Source: Octopus bimaculoides
Lineage: Eukaryota
Assembly: GCF_001194135.2 (NCBI RefSeq)
Contig: NC_068985.1
Coordinates: forward strand, 94,701,647-94,765,646
Length of the DNA: 64,000 nucleotides
Direction of reading: 5' to 3'
Shown here one piece after another: positions 12,347 through 24,392 of the stretch. Each line of letters begins with the position of its first letter. Positions within the stretch are counted from its first letter, which is position 1. Made by a program: the position numbers and the translations under genes. The notes under the pieces are model-generated. The model was not told where the DNA came from. It made no database searches and saw nothing but the letters and a program-made list of their open reading frames with translations.

Positions 12347-13902
12347 GCACTCGCACATATCATGGAACCCTTATGATGCCTGTATTAACTTGAAGCCTTA
12401 TGGCTGTGGATATGATCACCGTAACTCTTTAAATTGACACATATTATAATTAACTCATCTATTATTTCAAATTCGTTAATTACGAAAAAAAAATTGTTTT
12501 GACACAACTTAATACTCTGTTGAACACGTCTTACTAAAGTGTCTACATGACGTGACATCAAGTTAGCTGCAAAAAACAAACCCCAAAACAGCATACTTCG
12601 TTATATAAGGATATTAAAATTTCTTTAAAAAAATATTTTGTGAAAAAAAAACATATCGGAGAAATAGTGTCAAGTACATTTCTAATCATCCTAATGGAAA
12701 CAATAAATATATTGATATTTTAATGGATTTAGTCTGCTAAAATATTTACAAAGCAGAAAATATAAATTTGGTTCCCTTTCTTCTTGTGCTTCATATAATA
12801 TTTACCAAGATGAAATACCTATCAGGAAAGCAGCCACTATTTTTGTTCTGTTTTACCACTTTTAATATCCGATAATTTTGAACGTCATGTGTCGTGGCTT
12901 ACGTCCATCAATTGCTTTAGAAAACTTTCAGACAACTTGCCATTAGTAGTTCATCTGACCCCAACCATTTCCTGCTTTCTGAAGTAGCCATTGTTATTTT
13001 AATAAAGATAAGCTGACAGAATACTCTTTAAAACAATACATTTCTAAATTATTCTAGTTATTTAACAATTTTTTTCAGTACAATCATTACAGCATTTTCG
13101 CTATTTAAAATGTTATATTGAAGATAATTTATGGAAAATTGTCATTTTTTTTTAATCAACACATGTGTGTAAAGACAGTAAAATCAAACTTTTACAATAA
13201 ATCTTTTTACATAGATAAATGAAATGCATTGTTATTTTTCAAGATTACTAATAGCAATTTTAAATAAAAGAATGCAAAAAAAAAAAAAGACAAGATTTTA
13301 CATCACACTTAAAAGCTATTTTATTTAACTAATTTTATTATTTTTTATCCAAATACCTTGAAATAAAACAAAACTGAAATATTTGCATTTAGAATTAAGT
13401 TTATAGTACTGGTTGGGTAAATTGGTTGACTACATACGTCAGATAATTAAGGTAGGTTGGAAGAAGGCAATCGAGTCATTTGGTAGAAAATCGAAACCAC
13501 AACAAACACGTTTCTGTTATGGCATAAATGTGGTTGGTATAAAAACAGAAATTATATCTCGTTTCCTCACTCGTTAAAATACATGGCTTTGGACCATATC
13601 CAACGGAAAAGTTCTTGTATGTGATATTACTTTCCCTCCTGTTGACAGTCAATTCCTCAGTAGGGCTTAATTCCACATTGGTTCCTTCTCGCCGCTTCAT
13701 TTCGGATTAATTTTTCCGTTTATCCCATTCCATTCCATGTTTTTTTAATGTTTGCCATCTCCGCAAAGCTTCTATCTCCTCTCGCGCGTTTCTCCATCTT
13801 ACTCCACAAATTATCTGACAGCTCTGACTGTTCCAAAGAGAATAGTTCCGAGCAGCTGATATCCGAGTCGCTTATATCTTTTAAAATTTCCACTTGACTT
13901 AC

Positions 13903-14041
13903 CTTCCACTACGAGGAGGGAAAGTACAAACAAGCTACCACAATATAACACCAAATAATACTACTTCAACTCACCAGAATGTTCGAAGAAATTTCCTATA
14001 ATTTCGGAAAACCAGGAAGTTACGTAAATTGCCTATCCAAT
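13903..14041 (-). promoter_or_regulatory. Candidate promoter and non-coding first exon of a minus-strand gene
   Basis: CAGGAAGT (ETS-like, 14013-14020), TTACGTAA (bZIP-like, 14020-14027), CCAAT (14037-14041); two consensus donors on the minus strand, CTG|GTGAGT (13975) and AAG|GTAAGT (13903); locally CpG-richer sequence at 13680-13920. Confidence 0.3.
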
Positions 14042-14522
14042 AGTGTTATACCGCTAAACTTAATGGGTATTCACAAGCAATGTGTTCGTGGCTAGTTAAT
14101 GGGTTGGATGTGATGCTGATGAAAGTGCAATAACTCTTCAAATTTGCATATACCCTCATTACTTAGATTTTCTATCCTAGATCGCATTGTTTATTTACGA
14201 CATTTCGTATACGAATATGTTTAAGTTCCAGTGCTGGCTGAATTCTATAGAAAATCTGTTGAGTTAAACTTAAAAATGTTTATTACCAGTTACAACACAT
14301 TGATAATCGACTTAAAAGAGCGATTGAATAGAAGATTTTAATTCTAGAATAGATTAATTTATGTTTCTGGCAAATAGAGAAAAATATTTTGCTAAAAGAG
14401 ACATTCGGTATTTCTTGTCAATCATTTAATTACGTAATAAGAATCAACTTAATTCTTGACTATGATTTATTCGAAGTCTAACCTACAGTTCTGTGTTGAA
14501 AACGATATTCTTATACTATAGA

Positions 14523-14588
14523 GTGTGGTTAGGACAATGGATTCGCCGTCGAAGGATCGCGGTTTCGATTGCCAGACCGGGCATTATG
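14523..14588 (+). mobile_element. Isolated tRNA-like head of SINE family C
   Basis: gtggttaggacaatggattcgccgtcgaaggatcgcggtttcgattgccagaccgggc. Confidence 0.65.
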
Positions 14589-15315
14589 AGGAAAATTAAA
14601 TGTGAACTTAAATGCGCGTATTTATTGGGCACTATGACACTCTCAAAGTAAAATTAAATCAATTTATTCGTTTTATCAGAATTTACAATTTGATAATTTA
14701 TTCACTGCAATAACGTAGAAGGTATAAAATTAACATATTGCTAATATTTCATAGAGAATGTAATATAATGTGGTCAGAGTTTGTGTTCACAAATTGTATT
14801 GAAGTTGTGATAGGTTCTAAGAATAGATTGAAGTTGACGTACGTACTACTGATTTTTATAAGATTTCTAAAAGATCTGCATAACTCTAGGAAAATGTGAT
14901 ACTTCATGTGAACACACGACGTCGACAGATAATAATAATAATAATAAGGCAAATTTGTTTTGTGATTTATAAAAACAGTATGTCCACGTGAAAACAAATT
15001 CGATTTCCTTCCGATTATACATCATTTCATATTCATTTTGACAATGATATATAACGTAATAAATTATATTTCTTCAGAGATTTCAAGTATAGTGATTGAA
15101 AGTTATCAGCGATATATGTGTATTAACTGCATTGGAATTGGCAGTGAAATCGGAAACTAATTTGCAACTTTGCTTACTACTTTTTTGTGGAAGAAAATGG
15201 AATCCAACTTGCTATTGTTACCATTATTATAGACATCTGGAGACTGGTTATATGAGCATGCAAACATAATAATTTGTATGAACGTAGTATAAAAAATAGA
15301 ATATACAGAATAATA

Positions 15316-15375
<60 letters not shown>

Positions 15376-15392
15376 GTCTGTCTGTCTAACAA

Positions 15393-15439
<47 letters not shown>

Positions 15440-15489
15440 ATCTATGTATCTATCTATCTATCTGTCTGTCTGTCTGTCTGTCTGTCTGT
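15316..15489. repeat. Compound (CTAT)n/(CT)n/(CTGT)n microsatellite
   Basis: Direct reading. Confidence 0.9.
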
Positions 15490-15496
15490 ATATACT

Positions 15497-15650
15497 TTTA
15501 TTCTTTTACTTGTTTCGGTCATTTGACTGCGACCATGCTGGAGCACTGCCTGGTGTTATTTACTCGCAAGTGCTTTAGTCGAAGGAATCGACCCCACGAC
15601 TTATTCTTTGTGAGCCTGGTACTTATTCTATCGCTTTTCTTTTTCTGAAC
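15497..15650 (-). mobile_element. SINE family A, 3' half
   Basis: cttttacttgtttcggtcatttgactgcgaccatgctggagcac...gacttattctttg...tacttattctatcg. Confidence 0.8.
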
Positions 15651-15960
15651 CTCGTTCAGAGATTTATTATTGCTTGTTTACACTTTTTCGAGATCAGTGA
15701 CTTTTCGACACTGGAAAAAGGATATATGTATTTGCATTGGGACCCCTTCGCATCGAAGACCGGTGATTGTCGTATGCTGACGACGGGTAAATTTCCAGAA
15801 ACCTCGGTCCATGCGTATCACGTCAGGTCAAAGATGGGAAGGATGGCTTCCCTTTGCAAATACTGATAGGGCACAGAAAGAGTGTCAATAGCCAGCTGGA
15901 GGAGGTGTTCTCCTGGGGCTACAAGTTACAGCATCATCCACCCTTTGTGGTTAGCCACAT
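15650..15960 (+). mobile_element. HHR-containing repeat family E (retrozyme-like), about 310 bp
   Basis: Collinear with the minus strand of 52828-53790 after removal of the SINE C insertion: tcgttcagagattt, cgagatcag.gact, gtatttgca, ggtgattgt, HHR, aaagatggga, ttccc, cctggggcta. Confidence 0.7.
15771..15815 (+). ncRNA. Minimal type I hammerhead ribozyme motif, core intact
   Basis: Stem I CGTATG/CATGCG (6 bp), CTGACGA, C, stem II GGG-taaatt-TCC, A, GAAA, stem III A-CCTCGG-T, cleavage triplet GTC (15807-15809). Confidence 0.7.
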
Positions 15961-16079
15961 CTAAGTGGCAAATATACTTCACGTTATATATATATATATA
16001 TATATATNNNNNNNNNNNNNNNNNNNNNNNNNNNNNNNNNNNNNNNNNNNNNNNNNNNNNNNNNNNNNNNNNTATATGA

Positions 16080-16390
16080 AAGGTATCTAGAAGACCCAAG
16101 GTGGTTGGTAACGCTAGTATGTAATGGAACTGCAACTATAACATATTTATACATTTGTATCCTTATTTCTACATTCATTCTCCTATTTCCCTATATACTC
16201 CTTATTCGCTTCCTTTTCCAAAATAACTCCTTATATTGAACTCTAATACTTCCCTCTATTTAACCATCTCACATCGTTTCTGATGAAGGGATATCCCTAA
16301 TATTCCAGAGACAGCTGTAAGACTAACTTTCTCTTTATAAATATCCTGAAAACTCCACACAGCCTTGGTTTTGTTGTCTCATTTTATTTA
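16080..16390 (+). mobile_element. Penelope-type pLTR-like repeat with degenerate HHR at 16276-16323
   Basis: gttt-CTGATGA-a-GGGATAT/ATATTCC-a-GAGA-CAGCTG-TA-agac; GAAA reads GAGA. Confidence 0.45.
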
Positions 16391-16599
16391 ACACACACAC
16401 ACACATATAAGTGTGTGGCACCCACCCACACAAACACACACACGTGTGTGTATGCGTGTGTGTATATGTGTGTGGCTGTGTACGTATGCACATATAATAG
16501 ACAGTCATATACATAAAATACGATAGCACAAAGTATAGACAATAATTTGAATAAGTTCAGCTAGTCACGTTTGTAATATATTTTGTATGTGCTTTTCTG

Positions 16600-17440
16600 G
16601 TACCATAGTCACCGTAGATTTCAGAAAACGTGTAGATTTGTGAAAGCAATTTATTCTACAGTTACTGACTTCTTCTTTTGTCAGACTAAAGTAGAAACTT
16701 GCTGTTGTTCTGTGATCAATAGTACAACGTGTTGATCACATTGCTATTGTACTTGCAATCGCTTTGTAGTTTCTTAAGATCATCATAGTGTACCAAGCGA
16801 GATCCACAGAAATCTTTCTTTCAATTTCTTTGGTTGAGCATCATACACGCAAATATGACAAACAGCAGTGAATCGATGAACTACAAAGTGATATTCTAAA
16901 CTTGAATATTTCTGTGGCTGTGCCGCCAAAAAAAACAAAACAAAAAAACATGAAGGTGAACAAAATATTCTCGCTGAAAGTTTGGCATTCGTTTTTGTTT
17001 TTTCGACTTGAACTCTGGCAAAATGTTTAAATTAAACGATATTATTGATGATACTTTTAATCTCGTGTGCATGAGGATGATATCCTTGTTTAGATTGAAT
17101 GATGGAGACAATATTTTTTAGATAGATGTTCACATAGCATGTTTGGTTTTTGTTTGTAGTGAATTCAAATAATTCTTTGGAGGTATTTCCAAAGATAGAG
17201 TTCGATTAAACAAGAAATTTTGCTCCTCATATTTCTAGTGGGTTTTCCTATTTATATTTATGTCACCATAGAGCTGATATGCAGTTGTGCACTGTATGTA
17301 TAGGCTGAACAGTGTTACTTTGTGTTCCTGTAGATAATTGCGGTTTTGTTTGGTAAAAATCAAAGCTCAGTCAAAGTAGCATTTTCAATCGTTTGTTCTC
17401 TTCTTCCGTTCTTTAAATGCGATACGCATGAGTGATCCTA
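16600..17440 (-). mobile_element. Decayed RTE-clade LINE RT relic
   Basis: Weak: KDIILMHTRLKVSSII..ILPE; DSLLFVIFACMML followed by DDLKKLQSDCK..VINTLYY, resembling RTE/BovB RT domains 4-5. Confidence 0.35.
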
Positions 17441-17544
17441 TGTTTCTATGCCATGTTCTCTTGCTGCCCTGTCTTCTAAATCTCATTATATCAACAACAT
17501 ATATCGTGTAATTGTCCCGTTTGCAATTCATATTATACTTATAT

Positions 17545-17856
17545 TCATTTACTTGTTTCAGTCATTTGACTGCGGCCATGCTGGAGCACCACCTTTAGTC
17601 AAACAAATCGACCCCAAGACTTATTCTTTGCAAGCCTAGTACTTATTCTATCGGTATCTTTTGATGAACCGCTAATTTACGGAGACGTAAACACACCNNN
17701 NNNNNNNNNNNNNNNNNNNNNNNNNNNNNNNNNNNNNNNNNNNNNNNNNNNNNNNNNNNNNNNNNNNNNNNNNNNNNNNNNNNNNNNNNNNNNNNNNNNN
17801 NNNNNNNNNNNNNNNCATACATACATACATACATACATACATACATACATACACAC

Positions 17857-17892
<36 letters not shown>

Positions 17893-18060
17893 ACACACAT
17901 ACGACTCGCTTCTTTTAGTTTCCGTCTACCAAATCCACTCACAATACTTTGGTCGGCCCGAGGCTATAGTAGGCAACACTTCCCCAAGGTGCCACGCAGT
18001 AGAACTGAACCAATGTGGTTGGTATGCAAGCTACTTACCACACAACCACTCCTTCGCCTA
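17545..18060 (-). mobile_element. SINE family A, full length with internal microsatellite and gap
   Basis: 3' half 17545-17697, (CATA)n/(CA)n, 5' half 17900-18060. Confidence 0.88.
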
Positions 18061-19308
18061 TGTTTATCTTAAAAGCAATGAAGTGTGTTTATCTCACTGA
18101 CTGGGAAGTATAATGCCATTTGCAGTTATTTGGTGTTCTAGATAAAAAGGAGAACAATGCATTTAGCTTGGGAAAAGGAATATTTGTGTTGGTAATATGT
18201 CTACTCGAAATACCAGCAACATTTACGTAATACACCTTAAAAGAGATGCATATAATGTATAGACTAATCCTGCATATAACATACCATAAAAGGCCGACTG
18301 TCCATGACCGGAACGCCGATCAAACGCTGGTGCTGCTTTTATTTTCAGTGTTGAGATTACTTGTGACGCTATATTCTCAGTGAATACATATTTATTCTCC
18401 TATATTATCTTAAGACTTACAGAGCCAATACCATACTAACCGAAGCAGTATTTCGTTATATTAGACGTGTGTGTGTGCGTGTGTATGTGTGTGTGTATGT
18501 GAAATGTTTTCCTAATATTTGTAACTTATAAACATAAATCTGTCTTAGCACAAATCGTTCGCTGGGAGCCACTGTAATTCATGGATTATATCTAGTGTTT
18601 AAAAGTATCAAAATGAAATATTAGTTTCATTGTGAAGGAAAGTTAATTGAAAAATTGGATTGAATAATTAAATTTAATCTACTATTCTGTTCGTATTCTA
18701 TTCGTATTCTGTTATATAGAATCATGAAATCCAGTTTTCTAACTTAGAATAAGTAAAGTTTGAAATTTCATACGTTCTGTTTAGCATTGCTCTATGAATA
18801 TAGGTAGAATGCATTACGTTACACTGGTCTAATTGATCTGCCACGATTGGTTAGCAGATCGATCTCTGAATGTTCAGGTTAAAGCTGGCTTTTCCTTATC
18901 CTCTGAGACAGCCAAACAATAAATTCTAAAGGCGTTTCGCATTATAAATGTGTATCAGATATGGACTTTCTAACAATCTTTTCATACTAAACTCTCCATG
19001 CACGCAACAATCACAACCAAATAAACAGCTTGTTTTGTCATAATATATTTAAAAAATTAGTATATTCAAAGAAGATCTTCATGCAACTAGAAATAATCAC
19101 TATTTTAGATATTTAATATGTAATAGAAACCTTATTCCAACCCCATTTATTCGCGATTTTACTCTTTCGACACCACTCAAGATTCACAGTTGTAGGTTAG
19201 AGTAGCCCCCCACCAAAAAAAAAAAAACCGAATTGGATATGAGTTTCGCCTTTAAGCCAACTTCCCACCTTCTGATGATGAAGCACTGCATCTAGCTAGC
19301 GCATTGTA

Positions 19309-19537
19309 TTGGGTTGTCCGGAAAGTTCGTGCCGATTTTTAAATGAAAGAAAAAGGTCAATAAATACTTGCCATTACATGTTTAATCAACCAAATATGAA
19401 CCATTTTGTTGCACAATGCGTCTCCATCTTTCCTTTAACTTGAAAATACCCTTTTTCTCAGAATTGAGGTGGTTTCATGGCAAATAAAACGAAAGATAAG
19501 CTATTATAAATCGGCACGAACATTCCGGACAACACAA
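19309..19537 (-). mobile_element. Mariner-derived MITE (internal deletion derivative)
   Basis: 30-bp TIRs with 2 mismatches (ttgggttgtccggaaagttcgtgccgattt), TA on both sides (19307-8, 19538-9), retains transposase C-terminus KGIFKLKERWRRIVQQNGSYLVD*. Confidence 0.9.
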
Positions 19538-19544
19538 TACAAGC

Positions 19545-20070
19545 GCCAACAGTGTTTGCCTCCGGTGGAGGCAAATATACATTCCATCACACATTTTAAC
19601 ATCCACAAGGCATTTGAAATTCCTGACCTACTACGGTGCCGTGAGTATTGGGTCGGTTTGTCTTGAGAACAACCATCTCTGAAGTCCTCGCAAAACTGAC
19701 TTTCAGTTTGGTCGTACAATCGCCAACAATAAACTTATGCGGGGGTATTGAAGAAACGTTACTAGATAGAGTACGTAGCATGGAGATTAGAAAATCTCTC
19801 AAGATTGCGCAGCTATTCTCGCACTGAGATGTCCACACTCCAGTATAACCAGCATGTTGTTTATATATCTGACTAAAGAACTGCAGGAAGTATTTTAAGT
19901 GCGAGACCACTCGGCGGGAGACATACGGATATACTCTTTGGCAGTGATAAGATAAAATCCTTAGACTCTTTTCGTCTCGCTTGTGAATACAGCCAAGAGA
20001 AGTTCTGAAGTTTGTTTGTGATGAGATCTTCAGAAAGTCCTATCAGAGGAACTTGCCTCCCCACGTTATT
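19545..20070 (-). mobile_element. RTE-like LINE AP-endonuclease relic
   Basis: LRTLSSNVSSIPPHKFIVGD..KL..TNR resembles the RTE EN motif SIPxHN..GDxNAK..TNRNG. Confidence 0.45.
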
Positions 20071-21535
20071 CATATGAATAATGAGCTATGAAACTGAATA
20101 GATGGAAATATACTATAGGATCATTCATGACATCAATTAATTTAGTTGAAATGTGGTTTGACAAGAACTGAATGCACAGAAGCGACAGTGATAAGCTGCA
20201 AGGAGCTCATTATTTCAGAATATGAGATTGTATTGAGATACAAGTTAATTCTACTCCTACAATATTCATTTATCTGAGAAGCTATGTTAAAGATTGGCTG
20301 ATTCTACAGTTGAGAAATAATCGTTTCTTCTCCGGATACAACACAACAGTAGTAGCCACATACAAACTTACAACCATTTCGCTAGTTTGTCGCTAATGTC
20401 TTATTGTTTTTAGAGGCAAAGTAATGCGTACCTAGAACTACAACATTTATTGCGCCCTCCCCTTTTAGGTTAATTGGATATAATTTCAAGGAGAACTAAG
20501 GAGACTGGCACTCTAGTACTGCACATCTATAAGATCTTTTAAGTATTTTGGATATGTTAGAAATTGCCATCAGTTCAATAACGAAACAACTGAGAAACTA
20601 ATAAGATGCCTGAGAAAATATGAACGATTTCGGTTTTTACTAAAGCAACATTAAATAAACGTGTATTGAACAATCCTGAATGTAATGTCGAAACAAATAC
20701 ATACATACATACATACATACATACATACATACACACATACGCACATTATATACCATTAATTATTAGGATTAGCTTTCATTGATTTACTTCCATTCAACTG
20801 ACGTAATATTGAATGGGAATGTCTTAACATAGAGAATGACTTCAATTCAAGTGACATTATTGGTATAAAGCTTTTATATATATTGATATAATTTCATAAT
20901 TAGAAGTTTGGTTACATAATCAATATATTGGTTTAAAATCAATACTTACCAGCTTGGAGAAATCTTACATAAAATAACATTAAAACTATTCGAGAAAATG
21001 ACGTTTATAGATTTATAAAATTTTGTTTCTTTCCTAATTATTTTTATTTCATCTTTAGATATAATATAGTTCTTATATAATACTCAGAAGAGACTAACTT
21101 CCAGCAATTGATTATTTTNNNNNNNNNNNNNNNNNNNNNNNNNNNNNNNNNNNNNNNNNNNNNNNNNNNNNNNNNNNNNNNNNNNNNNNNNNNNNNNNNN
21201 NNNNNNNNNNNNNNNNNNNNNNNNNNNNNNNNNNNNNNNNNNNNNNNNNNNNNNNNNNNNNNNNNNNNNNNNNNNNNNNNNNNNNNNNNNNNNNNNNNNN
21301 NNNNNNNNNNNNNNNNNNNNNNNNNNNNNNNNNNNNNNNNNNNNNNNNNNNNNNNNNNNNNNNNNNNNNNNNNNNNNNNNNNNNNNNNNNNNNNNNNNNN
21401 NNNNNNNNNNNNNNNNNNNNNNNNNNNNNNNNNNNNNNNNNNNNNNNNNNNNNNNNNNNNNNNNNNNNNNNNNNNNNNNNNNNNNNNNNNNNNNNNNNNN
21501 NNNNNNNNNNNNNNNNNNNNNNNNNNNNNNNNNNN

Positions 21536-21569
<34 letters not shown>

Positions 21570-24304
21570 ACCACACAAGCACACTCACATATTTTTTATA
21601 ATTAGAATGACAAGACGTATTTCTAATAATTTAGCGTTATCGATTTCAGATCTGAATCCAGATTTCGCTATAATGTACAAATATTCAAAGAATGGCCTTT
21701 TCTCTTTCCCAGCTGGAACTTTATATTGTTAGGTACATTTCAATGTCATCTATTAGAAAGTGCAGTAACTACAGAGTACAAAAAATCTGGGCAGACATTA
21801 TTTCGTTAATCTGGTTTTACGTCAAACTCTATATTTTCACGGTTTAAGTTGCTCTTTAGGACACAGCCACAAAGCGTAAACGCGTGAAGTTATTACTTGA
21901 TGTTAATGATTTTTAGCACTTACATATTGCAAAGCAAAACCCTGCCACCTTTTTTGTTATTTTACGTTTATGATATTCAGAAGTGTTTCATGATATGACC
22001 CAACAAATATTGCCCATCGTACTCTGCTTAACTTTTACTTTGGTATCAGATTCGTTGACAATTCTCTCTTGGTGAGAATAATACTTCAATACTGTAATGC
22101 AAGGTATACGCCTAGATGTTAGTGCAAAACATGTACGTAGAAAGATATCCTTCTGCCGATTGTTTCAAATGCATTCACCATGTAATACAATCTCCAAGCA
22201 GTTTTCAGCTCTGTGATTTCGGATAAATACTAGACGTTTACAAAAATATTTTCGAAATACCGTGATCTTTCAGGATATTTTGTTAGGAATGATGAACTTT
22301 CCATAACACAACGTGTTATGAAGATCAATATAGTTTCTAAATTCTAACTTAATATATTTCAAACCATCGTTGAAAGCCTGAAAGAACAAATTCAATAATT
22401 TTGAACTATGAAGGTCGAAGGGAAAGGTCTCCATTCTTGTAATCATAGATCCATCTCACTTCTACTTTTCATTTGTCAATTGAACATTCTACAGAAGTTC
22501 ATGTAATCTTCATGTAAAGCAAATGTTGTGGATCTCCTCTCATTCCAAATTTCCAATTCACAACTTGATTCAGAAAATATTTACTTGCTTTAAATTTATT
22601 TGACTCTGGCAAACCCATTGCCTGCATCGTGTATAAATTACAACAATCGGAAAAAATAATATTTGCAATAGTTTGCTTTCCTGTTTAGCCAAACAAGTAA
22701 TATTATATGATACAACGCAAAACGAAGTGTAGTATTTAAAATTCTTCTATAGAATCAACTTTCAGATTTTATTGTGGTAACTATGTTTATCTGCAGCTGT
22801 ATACTATTCAAATACAAAATAAACCCGCTGATAATGATCTGAACAGCAATGGACGCCATATAAATTTAATATAAGATAAAATACCAACTGAAGCCTCTAG
22901 ACAAATTTCCTTGAAATCACATTACTGCTTTAAAGCACGTTGGATAATGATGCTCTTGAAAATAAAATGGATATGGATGACTAGGGATGGAATGAGTTTG
23001 ATCGAAACAACAAACAAAAACCGAACAATGCAATCCAGAAAGTATATAATTGTGAGTATAACTAAGAAACACTAAATTCTCTCTAAAAAGAACAACAGTC
23101 AGAAAATAGTAATCAATCATATTAATGTACTGTATATTTGGCTTAACATACACATACTGCGAAATACACGACTGCTTTTAGTGTAGTTCACTATGTTGCA
23201 AGCTTTCGGAACAAGCTCCTGGTTTGCGGATACCTTCCCCTCCCCTGCCTTCACATTAGTCTTGAAAACCTGATAATTTCACATGGGTACTACCTTACCT
23301 TCCGATAGGAGGACAAAACATGTAACTTCTAAGTAACCTGAGGGCAGTTGGCAGCACGAATTTTTGTCAAGTGGGGAGAATGATATGATGCATTTTTCTG
23401 AGAGGAATTATTTAAATATTTAATGCATAAGTTATCATTTTTTATGCAACTTACGCAAAGCTAGCTTGAGGCCAACAGATGCTCTAAAAACAAACAAATA
23501 AACGATGTCCATCTCTAGTCCTCTAATATAAATAGTGGATTAACATTCAGTTTTGCTCTGGATTAGGTTCCATTTGTATTAAAGGTAACCAGCTTTAAAT
23601 AGCAGTATGTAATATAGGCAAAATACATATAAATATGACCAAAAAAGCATGCATATTGTTCATTAAATAACTTATAATTTGCTATCTTCATACTTTAAAA
23701 TCACCACAAGCATTTATATTCTAGTGTTGTTTACACTTGATGTTCTAAGAATGTGCTTGTTGTATTTCGTCCTTAATTCAATTCTTAATTTTGTCTAATT
23801 TTGGTGTTTAGTCTAAAACAAACTTTTGAGGTGATGGAAAACATCCGAGAGCATATTTGAAATCAACACACCAAAATTACCAAGAAAGAGATACAAATGT
23901 TTTGTTGTAGAGTTGAGTAGTAATTGGTTGCAGTGGAAGCGTATCAATCTTCACAGACGTGAACCCAAATAAGTTTGAAATATGTGACAGGAAAAACTTA
24001 ATTGTGTTTATCAATTATTCATAACGAAAGAAAAAAAAAACATCGGAAATAATTTCCATCAAATTAGTTTCGAAATAAAAGCGAACGGCAAAATAGTCAC
24101 GTCAAGTATGAATCCATATGTATTGTTTATGCATGTATCAATGAAAAAACATACATCCTTCCTTCCATGTCATCCTTTCCTCCATATATATGTATATGCA
24201 TGTGTAATCTATATGTGTATATGTGTATACGTGCATGTTAATATGTAAATATGTATATGCACACTTTTACGCCTCTGTATACATTCACCCCTAAATATAC
24301 TCAT

Positions 24305-24392
<88 letters not shown>

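Noticed and set aside
13625-13665. Minus-strand CTGAGGA...GAAA hammerhead candidate
   Set aside because: Seven unpaired bases between the hairpin and GAAA, no stem III or stem I.
21044-21605. Long ORFs here and at 29179-30552, 38448-39242, 42884-43672 and 46638-47108
   Set aside because: They are open only because they run through N gaps or microsatellites.
21950-22700. Possible LINE RT relic on the minus strand (AMGLPE...)
   Set aside because: Only one or two weak motifs, no recognisable QG or YADD region.
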